Source: a virus
Lineage: Duplodnaviria > Heunggongvirae > Uroviricota > Caudoviricetes
Length of the DNA: 64,000 nt
Virus record (IMG/VR): IMGVR_UViG_2919367315_000003
Span: 30,134 to 94,133 of that record
Strand: one strand, 5' to 3'
The position numbers and the translations under genes were made by a program. Of the stretch, positions 9,209 to 19,195 are shown in pieces. The notes beneath the pieces are model-generated. The model had not been told where the DNA came from, did no database searches, and saw nothing but the letters and a program-made list of their open reading frames with translations. Numbering within the stretch: position 1 is the stretch's first letter; every line of letters starts with the position of its first letter.

Positions 9209-9682
9209 TCAATTAAAATCCCAAAGTTTGTACTGTATATAGAATCCAACGTACTTTTCATTCACAAACATTTCATCCATACGATAAAACTGCAACTTAC
9301 CAATACCAAGATTTCTGTTGTCATTAAACAATTCATCTATGTAAGCCAACATATGGTCATATCTTAAAACTTCATATTCAGTAAGAATTAAATCCTTGTG
9401 TACTAAAACTTGAAAATGCAATAATCCTGACTTAAACTGTGATCCAGCAGGTCGGTAATCTCTAAATGAGAATGTTACATAGGAAGAAGCTGTATCGGCT
9501 AATGTTGGAACATGATTGAAGGGAAAAATATTATTATTGACCAGTTCCGAGGGATCTTCAATATTTGGTCGATCAAGATAATCATTTTCTTTGTACCAAA
9601 CTGATTTACAAAGTTCCTGCGAACTCAATAAATGATTCAGTACAATCATACGATTTTTGCCCATTTCCTCAAAGCGAGACAT
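9209..9682 (-). CDS. Putative tail terminator/completion protein (YomW-like)
   Basis: 157 aa immediately upstream of tail genes; synteny. Confidence 0.45.
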   Translation of the reverse strand: MSRFEEMGKNRMIVLNHLLSSQELCKSVWYKENDYLDRPNIEDPSELVNNNIFPFNHVPTLADTASSYVTFSFRDYRPAGSQFKSGLLHFQVLVHKDLILTEYEVLRYDHMLAYIDELFNDNRNLGIGKLQFYRMDEMFVNEKYVGFYIQYKLWDFN

Positions 9683-9683
9683 A

Positions 9684-10193
9684 TCAGTTTACAATATAAT
9701 CGCGCTCAATCTCGTATCTTACGTAACCACTTGTAGACACGTCCCTAGTGTCATCAAGTGTAGAGATAACCTTGTCGACTTGATCTAACAACAATGGATT
9801 TGTTCGATGAACTTCTTCGCCTAGACTGTTTCTAACAACTACACGATAGTAATTCCCGTTTGGAACCAAATTGCCTAATTCGTATGTGATTGAAATACAT
9901 TTTAATGTATCAAGTGCGGAACCTTTGTCTAGATGTGTAGATTTATCAAACGCAATTTTTAACTTATTGTCTGTAGCTATACTATATGCGTAAACATATT
10001 GAGGATCAATTTTCACATCTAAGTCTGCATCAATAATTTCTACAGTAGGGGTGGCACTAATAATAATTGAATCATCTAATCCCGATGAATGTTGTTTAGA
10101 GTAGGGGAGAGGGGAGAAAATAAGCCAATTATTATTGACACCCTGCATAAACTGTTCTAGTTTAAGCTCGCCAAATCTTTTGATAGCTTGCAT
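9684..10193 (-). CDS. Hypothetical neck-module protein
   Basis: Coupled ORF in the structural operon. Confidence 0.5.
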   Translation of the reverse strand: MQAIKRFGELKLEQFMQGVNNNWLIFSPLPYSKQHSSGLDDSIIISATPTVEIIDADLDVKIDPQYVYAYSIATDNKLKIAFDKSTHLDKGSALDTLKCISITYELGNLVPNGNYYRVVVRNSLGEEVHRTNPLLLDQVDKVISTLDDTRDVSTSGYVRYEIERDYIVN

Positions 10194-10204
10194 GGATACA
10201 CTCC

Positions 10205-11416
10205 TTATAGTAATGATTTAATTTCAATTGCTTTTGTTGTATAAGCTAATCTAGTAGAGTTTTCGACATGCAAAATAACTCTGCCTTTTTTGTTGTTAGC
10301 TTTAATTTTACAAACCTGTCCATCTTGTTCGATCAAGATAGCCAAAGTAGTAGGTGTTACACTGTCTGTTTCACTTAGCCAAAATCGAGCTTTTTCTTGT
10401 CGATCAATTCCATTATCCTTAAACGAGCAAGTGAAGGATTTAGTCATATTATATTTAATGAAGTCGTCGCCTATAATTTGAGCTGTATAATTATTTGTAG
10501 TAGAGGACGTAACATTAATTTGAATGGTTTGTGATATATTTCTGAATGAAATGGTTATTTTACTTGTTCCTTTTTTTAAAGGAGTTACTAAACCCGTAGG
10601 GGAGACTGATATAATAGTTTCATCAGCGACAGAGTATGTAATTTTCTCATAAACTTCTATTACCTTTGAATTGTTCGTAAGTTCAACGTTTAATTGTAAA
10701 GTCTGATTTTCTTCAATGGCTACAACGTCCTTAACATTCAAAACCTTAAGTTGATAGTTAGCGACGTTGCCATTATAATCGGCAATCTCAAGTTCTAAAT
10801 TATCAGTTGCGTTGTTTATTAAGTCCTCTTTCAATGTCAAATAGTTGAGACCTGTATCAAGTTTGTTTATAGCGGTAATAGACCAAGCCCTACCATCAAA
10901 GATGAATCTCTTCTTTTTGGTAAGCTCATCCGTTTTCTCATTTGCGGAAATAACAACATTTCTTCTTTCATTTGGTAGTTCAATAATCTTTCCATCATCA
11001 ACACCAAAGTTTGTGATATTATCATTGGTTAACGCAAACGGGGATTCAACAATCTCACCAGTACTGTCCACCCACCTAAGAGATGACACACATTTTAACA
11101 ATACGCCTTTACTATAAATATCATCGCGTGGATCACAATCAATTATAATCCAATTTATATTTTTCCATTTTACAATATCGCCATTAGTAAGTGACTCGTC
11201 TGGCTTCGAGATGATTGTTTTTGTTTGATCTTTGGTTGACGATGTTATGACTACACTACGTTTATTATTATTAATCACTACATCAAAAACAGAAGGGTTC
11301 TTTTCAAATTGAATGTTTATGGATTTTTTTACGTTATATATGTCGATGTCTCTAGCATTTTTAGTATTGTAAGCATTATTGATTTTTTTATAATAATCTA
11401 TATTCATATTAATCAT
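10205..11416 (-). CDS. Head-closure/neck protein with Ig-like (Big_2) domain
   Basis: N-terminal head-tail-joining-like repeats (GDIVKW, WIIID, FIFDGRAWSIT); ITYSVADETIISVSPTGLVTPLKKGTSKITI is a Big_2 signature. Confidence 0.6.
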   Translation of the reverse strand: MINMNIDYYKKINNAYNTKNARDIDIYNVKKSINIQFEKNPSVFDVVINNNKRSVVITSSTKDQTKTIISKPDESLTNGDIVKWKNINWIIIDCDPRDDIYSKGVLLKCVSSLRWVDSTGEIVESPFALTNDNITNFGVDDGKIIELPNERRNVVISANEKTDELTKKKRFIFDGRAWSITAINKLDTGLNYLTLKEDLINNATDNLELEIADYNGNVANYQLKVLNVKDVVAIEENQTLQLNVELTNNSKVIEVYEKITYSVADETIISVSPTGLVTPLKKGTSKITISFRNISQTIQINVTSSTTNNYTAQIIGDDFIKYNMTKSFTCSFKDNGIDRQEKARFWLSETDSVTPTTLAILIEQDGQVCKIKANNKKGRVILHVENSTRLAYTTKAIEIKSLL

Positions 11417-11897
11417 TCACATACTTTGAGAAGTCAATTGATTTAAGTTTGCCTGTCATTCTGTCACGAGATGCATATTGTGATATCATTTTATTATTTT
11501 CTTCAATAATGCCATAGTACATATCCATGAACGTTTTTCTCTCATTAGCAGGACTAAATACTTGTAAATCTTTTGTTGAGAATCTGACTTGGAAAGCCTT
11601 CAATAAAGACATATCTTTTTCATAATATTTCTCTCGCATTATATTGGCAACGAGATCAATTTCTGTTGGGGTTAAATCGTCAACAAGCAGATTCTCATTA
11701 TCATCATAGTCAAAACTAATATCAGAACTGCATGAAATCTTAAGTTTTGCTAATGATTCCTTAAGGTACTCACGCGATCTGCTCAGTGCAATTTCCATAG
11801 CCTCTTCTTCGGTGACGTTATTGTATGTAAAAAAATCCAAATCCTTTTCAATTTTATTAAAAAAAGCTGTTTGTAGAGATGAGAAGGGAGTTGCCAT
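11409..11897 (-). CDS. Putative head-tail adaptor
   Basis: Position after capsid genes; FSTKDLQVFSPANERK motif. Confidence 0.45.
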   Translation of the reverse strand: MATPFSSLQTAFFNKIEKDLDFFTYNNVTEEEAMEIALSRSREYLKESLAKLKISCSSDISFDYDDNENLLVDDLTPTEIDLVANIMREKYYEKDMSLLKAFQVRFSTKDLQVFSPANERKTFMDMYYGIIEENNKMISQYASRDRMTGKLKSIDFSKYVND

Positions 11898-11908
11898 TTA
11901 ATCACCCA

Positions 11909-12616
11909 CTATACTTTTTTATTCATGGGTCTTTTTGTTACAATTGGCTCTTTGTTTGTCTCTGTCTCTGTGCTATGTTCGTCTGGTTGACTTTGTTCTT
12001 TCTGTTGACTTGCTTGATTCATGAGTAAGGCCCTTAATTCTGCAATTTCTTTTTCCAATTGCGAAACCTTATTGTCGTCAACTGAGGGATTATTGATTTG
12101 TTTGCCTGCTGGATTTTCACCATAAGAAGATACAATACTTATTTCAGAAATTCGTTTACCCGAATATAGTTCTTTGTATCTTTCTTCGACTACATTTTTT
12201 ACTCTCGTACTAATATCATAAAATTTTGTGTTCTCAAGCTGAATTACCAAGCCTCTAACACGCTCAAAAAGGGACGCCGATTGAATCTTAATAAGTTTAG
12301 TCAGTCCTTCTTTGGTAGGGCGCAAGATAATATTTTTAATATCTTGATTGGTAAGTATATCTTTATAATCTCTAATTGATAATTTTTCATAGATTTCATC
12401 GGAAAATTCACCGTCAAACCACAAAAAACCTTCTCTAAAAATATTTGATTGACTGTTTATGCCTCTAATTTCAGCGAAAGACAATTGTTGTGCAAACGGA
12501 TGCTCTTCGTTAGCTGGCTCAAATGTATAGCCATCGGGCTTTATATGAGAAGGAACCGTGATTACACTGTCAGAATAATTTAGTACTTCGATGATTGTAC
12601 TGTCGGTAATAGCTAT
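11909..12616 (-). CDS. YonA-like head-associated protein; true start probably ATA at 12616
   Basis: Frame is open upstream of the track TTG (12484) to 12661 with no ATG/GTG/TTG; RBS AAGGGAG lies 9 nt before ATA-GCT-ATT-ACC-GAC. Confidence 0.55.
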   Translation of the reverse strand: MAITDSTIIEVLNYSDSVITVPSHIKPDGYTFEPANEEHPFAQQLSFAEIRGINSQSNIFREGFLWFDGEFSDEIYEKLSIRDYKDILTNQDIKNIILRPTKEGLTKLIKIQSASLFERVRGLVIQLENTKFYDISTRVKNVVEERYKELYSGKRISEISIVSSYGENPAGKQINNPSVDDNKVSQLEKEIAELRALLMNQASQQKEQSQPDEHSTETETNKEPIVTKRPMNKKV

Positions 12617-12638
12617 AGTAATACACTCCCTTAAATAA

Positions 12639-12658
12639 GGGGATGAATGAACATCCCC
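12639..12658 (-). terminator. Hairpin after the major capsid gene
   Basis: GGGGATG-N6-CATCCCC. Confidence 0.55.
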
Positions 12659-12676
12659 AAATTATATTTTCAATTA

Positions 12677-13666
12677 TTAAGTAAGGACAATTTTGGCGAT
12701 TTTATCAATTTTATTGATAGCAGTACCAAATTCAAAGCCAGTGATCTTGAGATCGACTTTTTCGCGATTATTATCAAATGTTTCAAGAACACGCAACTGT
12801 CCACGCATATCCAGTGTACCGATTTTACCAGCGATACCAAATACCCGCTTGTCAGGAAGCAACTGCATGTTATCACCAGTACGTTTTGCTCCAGAGATAT
12901 GCCCGATACGAAGGCCGTTATAAAAATTTACAAGTCCATATCTATTGAAATCATTTTTCATTTGTTCAGACATAAATGTGACTTGACCAGCCATTTTAGC
13001 GATTTGTTGAGAGTATTTAGACAATGAAACTGTCATTGGATTCTCTCCTCTATCAATTAAGTACAAAGCGAGTGCATCGAGTGCGGCAGGGGTAAGGGTG
13101 GCGCCACCAGCATTAATTAGTTGCTCGCCGCCACCAATGGCTGCGTCAATCTGAGAAAAGATATCGAAAAACATTTTATTTTTCAGAGCCTCTTCGGAAA
13201 AAACCGTTAGGTTGGCAATAGTTTTTACACCGTTACGGCGCAAGTCAGCATATGTAATTTCAGTTTCAACTTGTTTGTGTTTCCAAACAGGAGCAACCTT
13301 AGTTACATCAATATATGATTTATTTACATTACCGCCCTTTGCAGAATCATAAGCAATCAAAGTATTTTTTGGGTCTTCATTGATTTGATAATCATCGAAT
13401 TCTCCAATAGAACCGCGATCAAACATAGAGTCAAGCAATTCATCTGGAACATCGTAAACTTCTGGCGCAACTACTTTGACCACAAAGTTAGAAATCTCCA
13501 TATTAGGATCAGAGCCTTTTTCACCAATTTGTTTAGCCCACGCATCCACAACCGTAGAAATTTCTTTTTCTTCTGTATCTAGCTGTTTCTTATATTCAAT
13601 TTTGGAAGCCCATTCGAACATTTTTCCTTTTTCATTCATCAAACTTGCGATTTCTGTATGTAACAT
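12677..13666 (-). CDS. Major capsid protein (YonB-like, HK97 fold)
   Basis: 329 aa downstream of portal/protease; pattern and synteny match SPbeta YonB. Confidence 0.8.
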   Translation of the reverse strand: MLHTEIASLMNEKGKMFEWASKIEYKKQLDTEEKEISTVVDAWAKQIGEKGSDPNMEISNFVVKVVAPEVYDVPDELLDSMFDRGSIGEFDDYQINEDPKNTLIAYDSAKGGNVNKSYIDVTKVAPVWKHKQVETEITYADLRRNGVKTIANLTVFSEEALKNKMFFDIFSQIDAAIGGGEQLINAGGATLTPAALDALALYLIDRGENPMTVSLSKYSQQIAKMAGQVTFMSEQMKNDFNRYGLVNFYNGLRIGHISGAKRTGDNMQLLPDKRVFGIAGKIGTLDMRGQLRVLETFDNNREKVDLKITGFEFGTAINKIDKIAKIVLT

Positions 13667-13694
13667 TTATTTGCTCCTTATATGTATATTATTA

Positions 13695-14144
13695 TTAAAG
13701 TACTTCTACGGAAGCTAGAGTGTGACCATTGTCAACTACTGTACCTGCAAATCTAAAACCAGTAGGATCAGTACTTTTCTTTAGTTTTCCTGCGTCTACA
13801 CCAGTTGTTTCAGCAGCTAAAAAATCCCCTACAACGAGGCCTGTGGCCAGGTATTCTGTAGTACCGTAAATTTCTCCACTCAAGGGTTTTTCAAGTACAA
13901 CACGCTCACCAGCCTTTACATTCTCAAGACGAGTATCGTAGTCTGAAATTTCACCTTCTAAACTCATCAACCCAGTAGGATAATTATCTTTATTGACAAA
14001 ATACAAACCTACTTGAGAAATAGGGGCAATAACTGTCTTTGTATTAAAATCCTTTTGAACTAGACGACCACGAACGGTTGGTGTTGCTGCTTGAAATGTA
14101 GCGTCAGCTACTTTATTAATGTGTGTTTGCAAATGTCTAAGCAT
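13695..14144 (-). CDS. Capsid decoration/cement protein (YonC-like)
   Basis: 149 aa beta-rich protein between protease and capsid genes. Confidence 0.5.
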   Translation of the reverse strand: MLRHLQTHINKVADATFQAATPTVRGRLVQKDFNTKTVIAPISQVGLYFVNKDNYPTGLMSLEGEISDYDTRLENVKAGERVVLEKPLSGEIYGTTEYLATGLVVGDFLAAETTGVDAGKLKKSTDPTGFRFAGTVVDNGHTLASVEVL

Positions 14145-14172
14145 TTAAATTTATTCCTCCAGTGAATATGAT

Positions 14173-15630
14173 TTATTTATTGTGTAAAAAATGAGACATG
14201 ACTTGAGCTGACTCATAAATATTTTCATCAGTGTTAATATTTTTCTTGGTTGCTGAAACTTCAATTTCCGTATCTTTTTTTTCTGAGTTTTCGTTACTTT
14301 GAGCCAGTTTTTGAATGAATCTTTCTGCGATAATTGCCTTGATTCCTTTTTCATCTAATTCATTAATAAGCCTTGAAATCTCTTCTGAGGTTTCGATTTC
14401 CTCTTTAGTAATAAAATCACCAGCAGTAGCCAAAACCTTTAAATCTTCTTTTTTTTGAGCCGTTTCAGCTTCTTTTTGTGCTTTTTCAGCTTCTTCAATT
14501 TGTTGTTTAAACGGCACTAGTTCACTGATTTCTGTTTCTAGTTTAGTAATCTTGTCACTAGCTTCAACTAAAGCACTGGTTTTAACATCTAATTCGGAGA
14601 TCAACTTTTCATTTTCTGCGGAAAGGTTTTTATTGGTCAACTCTTTTTCACTAAGTAATTTAGCAGTATCGTCAAGATTAACACTGATATTCACATTTGT
14701 TTTTTCAGAAATTAACTTGCTTAGTTTTGTCTCAGTCTTATCTCCAACAGAAACTACGTCTTCATTGACGGTATAGGTGACCACTAGATAATCATCCTCT
14801 GAATCTCTGTCGATATCATACGCTAAAATCTTATGTTCTTCAGGGTAAATCTCCCAAATAGAATAATATGGATTACTATTCCATCCTTTAGGATTTAGCG
14901 CCTCGTAAACTTTTTGATGTAGGTCTCTAGTAGTTAGAGAGGCTACTTGTTTTTTTTTCAAATCTTCTTCCTCCTTAGTTGAAAAAGCTATATCGGTAAT
15001 TAAAGCATTGACCAGTTCATTTTCAATATCGGTATTATCTTTTGAAGCGATATTGATCAGGCCGCTTGAAGGATAGGCAGGAGCAACTGTTTCACCTAAA
15101 AGTGCATGTCCTATAAATACTCCATTATCAATATATTTAATTTGTTTACCATCTAAATCTTCATAGTGACTCTCAACCACTTGTACTTCCCATGATGTTT
15201 TTATACCCTCTTCAGAGGACATTCTTCTAGAGATGACATCATATGCTTGAGAGAATCTTTTCCATATCTTTGCGTTTGCAACGATATGCTCTTTTCCGTC
15301 GATTTCTTCAATACTGGCACTGTAAAAACTTCCAAAAGCGGAGGTGTCAAACTCGATTTCTTGATACGTATTCCCATTTTCGTCTTTTTTCGCTACAATC
15401 TTTACATTATGACCCGAAAAATCATTTCCATTTTGTGTAGTAACAATTTTCCCAACTACAGGTTTGGTGATGAGGGTGGTAAGCCAAGACTCGATGGTAT
15501 CTCTAGTTAGTGCAACATCATTTCTATTTGGATCAAAATCGCAAATAATAAATTTTGCATCCAATGTATCACTATCTACCGTGTCGCTAATATGTATTTT
15601 AAAATTACTTGTAAATTTAATTGTTTCCAT
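14173..15630 (-). CDS. Prohead protease-scaffold (YonD-like)
   Basis: N-terminal NRN...KPVVGK...H...WEV...GHALLG...PAYP protease-like domain plus acidic coiled-coil C-terminus. Confidence 0.7.
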   Translation of the reverse strand: METIKFTSNFKIHISDTVDSDTLDAKFIICDFDPNRNDVALTRDTIESWLTTLITKPVVGKIVTTQNGNDFSGHNVKIVAKKDENGNTYQEIEFDTSAFGSFYSASIEEIDGKEHIVANAKIWKRFSQAYDVISRRMSSEEGIKTSWEVQVVESHYEDLDGKQIKYIDNGVFIGHALLGETVAPAYPSSGLINIASKDNTDIENELVNALITDIAFSTKEEEDLKKKQVASLTTRDLHQKVYEALNPKGWNSNPYYSIWEIYPEEHKILAYDIDRDSEDDYLVVTYTVNEDVVSVGDKTETKLSKLISEKTNVNISVNLDDTAKLLSEKELTNKNLSAENEKLISELDVKTSALVEASDKITKLETEISELVPFKQQIEEAEKAQKEAETAQKKEDLKVLATAGDFITKEEIETSEEISRLINELDEKGIKAIIAERFIQKLAQSNENSEKKDTEIEVSATKKNINTDENIYESAQVMSHFLHNK

Positions 15631-15647
15631 TATTTCTTATCACCTCC

Positions 15648-15785
15648 TTAACCAAATTCTATACTCAATTCTTTAAGTAATTGTTCAACAGAAGGAGAGA
15701 GACTATCACTCTTAGTGTGTCGTGTCTTATTCAAAACAACATTAATTTCTTCATTACAGCAAGGGCAAATAATATTTAATTTCAT
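15648..15785 (-). CDS. Small 45-aa ORF (MKLNIICPCCNEEINVV...)
   Basis: Translated by hand; ATG overlaps the portal stop codon (ATGA); ends at the RBS of the next gene. Confidence 0.5.
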   Translation of the reverse strand: MKLNIICPCCNEEINVVLNKTRHTKSDSLSPSVEQLLKELSIEFG

Positions 15786-17365
15786 TCTTTTTTCCTTCTA
15801 TCTTGATCTTGTAGTTGTTTATCAGGATTGTTATTATCCACAGGTCTACCACCAGCAGAGTCACCGGAATTTGTGTACGCAGTAAGCCTAGGAGTAAATA
15901 TTTCGTCATACTTCTGTTCATTTTCTTTTAATCGTTTTTGCTTTTCATCTTCAATGTCTATTCCAAGAAGTCCGTAAACTGTTGAATAACTGGCGTTTAA
16001 TTTGCTGTATAAAAGTTCAGACAATTTAAGTTTTAACTCTTTATCTAATTCCTCAGAACCAATGATTTTGATAGAAGGGCAGTATTCAAGAGAAATGCCG
16101 TGATTTTCGAGAACGACTTTATACCATTTCTCTAATATATCTTCTAATTGTTCAGATATTTTGTTTATCGTCTTCATTAGTTCGTTGACAGAAATATTGG
16201 ATGCCGTAAAAGATTGGCCCGACACTAAGTTGAGAAAGCTAATTCCCAAAGCAGTCATTTGTTTTTGTCTTTGATAATTTACATTCTCTATGTTCACATT
16301 TTCAGTTTTTGGTTCAACGTATTTTACATCTTCGACAAACGCCGCACCAGTGTATACAACGGTTTCGTTTTTCCAAGCATTCATTAAATTTGTATGGGCA
16401 TATGCCATTTCTTCGAATGCTTGTTTGTCAAACTTCTCACCCAATATTTCTTTATGCAATTTTTGAAATATGATTTTCTTAGCTTTAGCTTTAGCATTGA
16501 TTCGATCAGTTCTTTCGAATGTCTCCAGCATTAAGGAAGGTCTCAATGCGCGAAATATAGAGGTTAGACCATATTTTCTATTTAGATTGTTTAGTCTAAC
16601 AATACCACTATTTTTAATATTCAACTTTGCATAAGGTTTCTTTTTTGTATATGCCTCATATATTTCAGAAGGATAGTTATTTTTAATCTCTTCATCTATT
16701 GTATCGAAAAATAAATTTTTTCCTTTTTTGTTTGTTTTTTTTAATCTTGTTTTGAGTTCATTTACATTAATCAATAAGTAAGGCTCTCCATCGATCTCGT
16801 AGTCGCTCACTTCTATGACACCTAAAGGATAGTAGTCAACAATATAAGAGTCTCCTTTTTTTCTGAGATACATGGGATAATTACCTTCTGAAAAAGACAT
16901 AGGAATAACTTTGCGCATGAGTTGTTTGAGATTGATTTGTTTGTTAAAATTATTAATTAACTCTCTAGACTCATCTGAAATGTCTTGACTTTTATTTGTA
17001 TCTACTTCGGGGAAAGATAGCCTATATTCAGTATTAACATTACTTTCGATAGTTTCATATACTTTCCCAATCAAATCGTCCTTGTTAATGAAATATCTTA
17101 CAATGGAATTAATCTTATTTATTTTATCTATGTCGTTTTGAGCGTTATCCGCCAACAGGTCTAGCTCTTCAGTGGTAAAAACAGTTCTCGACATTGAAGA
17201 TTCATTAAGATAAGAGGAGTATTGATTAAAATTATTATCAAATTGATACATTGCTTGTTCTAGCCATAAGTGACCTTGTTTTTGTGAAGTTACAATAATG
17301 GTGTCTTCATCTTTCTTTGAAGCAAAAACAACCTTAAAATCTTCTTCCTCTTTTTCAAGATTCAT
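15782..17365 (-). CDS. Portal protein (YonE-like)
   Basis: 527 aa after terminase; DLIGKVYETIESN...EGNYPMY...YGLT. Confidence 0.8.
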   Translation of the reverse strand: MNLEKEEEDFKVVFASKKDEDTIIVTSQKQGHLWLEQAMYQFDNNFNQYSSYLNESSMSRTVFTTEELDLLADNAQNDIDKINKINSIVRYFINKDDLIGKVYETIESNVNTEYRLSFPEVDTNKSQDISDESRELINNFNKQINLKQLMRKVIPMSFSEGNYPMYLRKKGDSYIVDYYPLGVIEVSDYEIDGEPYLLINVNELKTRLKKTNKKGKNLFFDTIDEEIKNNYPSEIYEAYTKKKPYAKLNIKNSGIVRLNNLNRKYGLTSIFRALRPSLMLETFERTDRINAKAKAKKIIFQKLHKEILGEKFDKQAFEEMAYAHTNLMNAWKNETVVYTGAAFVEDVKYVEPKTENVNIENVNYQRQKQMTALGISFLNLVSGQSFTASNISVNELMKTINKISEQLEDILEKWYKVVLENHGISLEYCPSIKIIGSEELDKELKLKLSELLYSKLNASYSTVYGLLGIDIEDEKQKRLKENEQKYDEIFTPRLTAYTNSGDSAGGRPVDNNNPDKQLQDQDRRKKE

Positions 17366-17383
17366 TTATTCACCTCGTTCCGT

Positions 17384-19195
17384 TTAGAAGTCAATTGAGG
17401 AAATAAAAGAGGGGGCATTCGACCAGTTGACTTTTGGTTTTTCCTTGTTAACAATACTTTCTCTTCTTAGATTTCTTAAATACCAAGCAAGCATAGCAAT
17501 TGTATAGGCGCGGTCATCCCCGATTTTACTTTGCTTATCGGGGGGAAGATCATATCTTATGCTGCCGTTTGTACTTTTAAAAGAATATATGCTAACAAGT
17601 TCTTCCTTTGCAATGTCTATATTAACTAACGCCATCTCTTCGTCAGACGATAATTTATATTGAGTATTTTCTCCATCATCACCCAATAGAGTTATAAATC
17701 CTTTATTGTCATAAGTTTCTGTGAATGATATTAAATCCAAACTCATCATTTCAATCAATGCATCAAACATATCTTTTTTGTACTTCTGAGGGGAAACAAG
17801 TTTGAGCTTGTTACTGGCATTGGGGTATTGGTGAGCGTGAATACTATATTCATCGTGAGTAGGGTCGATAAGTCCTTTATGTTTAATGCCTCGCACATCC
17901 GACCACTCTTCGAGCAAGCCATCAGCCCAAGCAGATACACCAGCACCACCAGCACCAGAATCTATCAATACTTGAAGAATATTCTCATAGTCAGCAGATC
18001 TAGATCCATTATAATCAAGTAACATTTGTTTGAAGTGATTTATTTGATCTGGTGTTTTCATGGGTGTTTTTTTCTTTTTTGCTATATCTACAAAGCTTAC
18101 CGAATTTGATATATTCATTTTCCAACCTTGATTATCATCGTAATAAAATTCAGCAGGAGTACAAATAGAATTGTCATGTTGTCTAGCAGGATCTACTGCC
18201 AAGACGAATTTCCTATTTCCGTCATTTGCTAATACAGGAACCCTAACTTCGGAATTTCTTATAATTGTAGCTCTTTTAATAATCTGTTGGTCAGAACCCT
18301 CAGTTGTAAAAATGTTTTTGTACTCACGTAAAGCTTTTTCCTTGTTTTCTCGCATAGCTGTGTCAACTTTTTCTTGTGAGAGTAATGATACGGGATATAG
18401 TTTTCCGTTATAGGTTGCACTTATAACCACATCACTGCTAATATCAGCAACAAAATATCGTCTATCGCCTAATATCATTTTCTTTGAAAAATCACGATAC
18501 TTTCTATAAAAATATGTATCAGTAGATGAAGCAGATGAGGCATATATGAGCTGATTTGGGAATTGCTTGGGTAACAATGTGACGTCCGTTTCTCCACCCA
18601 ACCTAAAGTCACTATTCTGCGTTGTAAACGGTTCAGAAGTGGTAAATAACTCATCGGGCGCAAAACCACTTTCATCATAAAAATTTAAATTACTACGCTT
18701 ACTTCTGTTATTGTCAAATGATCCATTCAAAGAACGAACTACACTGCCATTATAAAGCTTATACGAAAAAGAAGCGGGATTATGAGTGAATCCATCCGAG
18801 TTGGCGGCACTTTTCACTGTTTCATTGTAAAAAATATCTGTCAGGCCCGTAAAAGAAGCGATCTCTCTTTTTGCTATTTTTTCTATTTTCATAAACATTT
18901 CTTGTGATTGCGATCCCACGCCAGCCAAAATGTAAGCTTCGAAATTTGGAATTAGTGCAGATTTAGCCATTATAAATGGAGAGCCAAGAGTAGTCTTACC
19001 GCTATTTCTCCCCATACACCATAGAACGAAAGGGGTTGACCAGCTTTCCATAAATACATACTTTTGATAGTCTAGTAACTCTAAACCTAGAAATCTTTCT
19101 ACAAATCTTACTGGATATTTGCGGCCCCATTGAATAACTTTTGCAAGTTTTATAAACCCTTCGATTTTTCTTTGAGACATATTATGGTCGTTCAT
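17384..19195 (-). CDS. Terminase large subunit (YonF-like)
   Basis: Walker A GRNSGKTT, Walker B YDESGF, ASSA coupling motif, RNase H acid residues AVDPAR...DD / IDS / DDRAY. Confidence 0.9.
   Translation of the reverse strand: MNDHNMSQRKIEGFIKLAKVIQWGRKYPVRFVERFLGLELLDYQKYVFMESWSTPFVLWCMGRNSGKTTLGSPFIMAKSALIPNFEAYILAGVGSQSQEMFMKIEKIAKREIASFTGLTDIFYNETVKSAANSDGFTHNPASFSYKLYNGSVVRSLNGSFDNNRSKRSNLNFYDESGFAPDELFTTSEPFTTQNSDFRLGGETDVTLLPKQFPNQLIYASSASSTDTYFYRKYRDFSKKMILGDRRYFVADISSDVVISATYNGKLYPVSLLSQEKVDTAMRENKEKALREYKNIFTTEGSDQQIIKRATIIRNSEVRVPVLANDGNRKFVLAVDPARQHDNSICTPAEFYYDDNQGWKMNISNSVSFVDIAKKKKTPMKTPDQINHFKQMLLDYNGSRSADYENILQVLIDSGAGGAGVSAWADGLLEEWSDVRGIKHKGLIDPTHDEYSIHAHQYPNASNKLKLVSPQKYKKDMFDALIEMMSLDLISFTETYDNKGFITLLGDDGENTQYKLSSDEEMALVNIDIAKEELVSIYSFKSTNGSIRYDLPPDKQSKIGDDRAYTIAMLAWYLRNLRRESIVNKEKPKVNWSNAPSFISSIDF

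Noticed and set aside
12647-19000. Antisense and alternate-frame ORFs in the track (e.g. 12647-13027+, 15243-15510+, 17755-18022-)
   Set aside because: They lie entirely within well-supported structural genes, lack an RBS and show no protein-like motifs. The same applies to most 60-130-aa shadow ORFs elsewhere.
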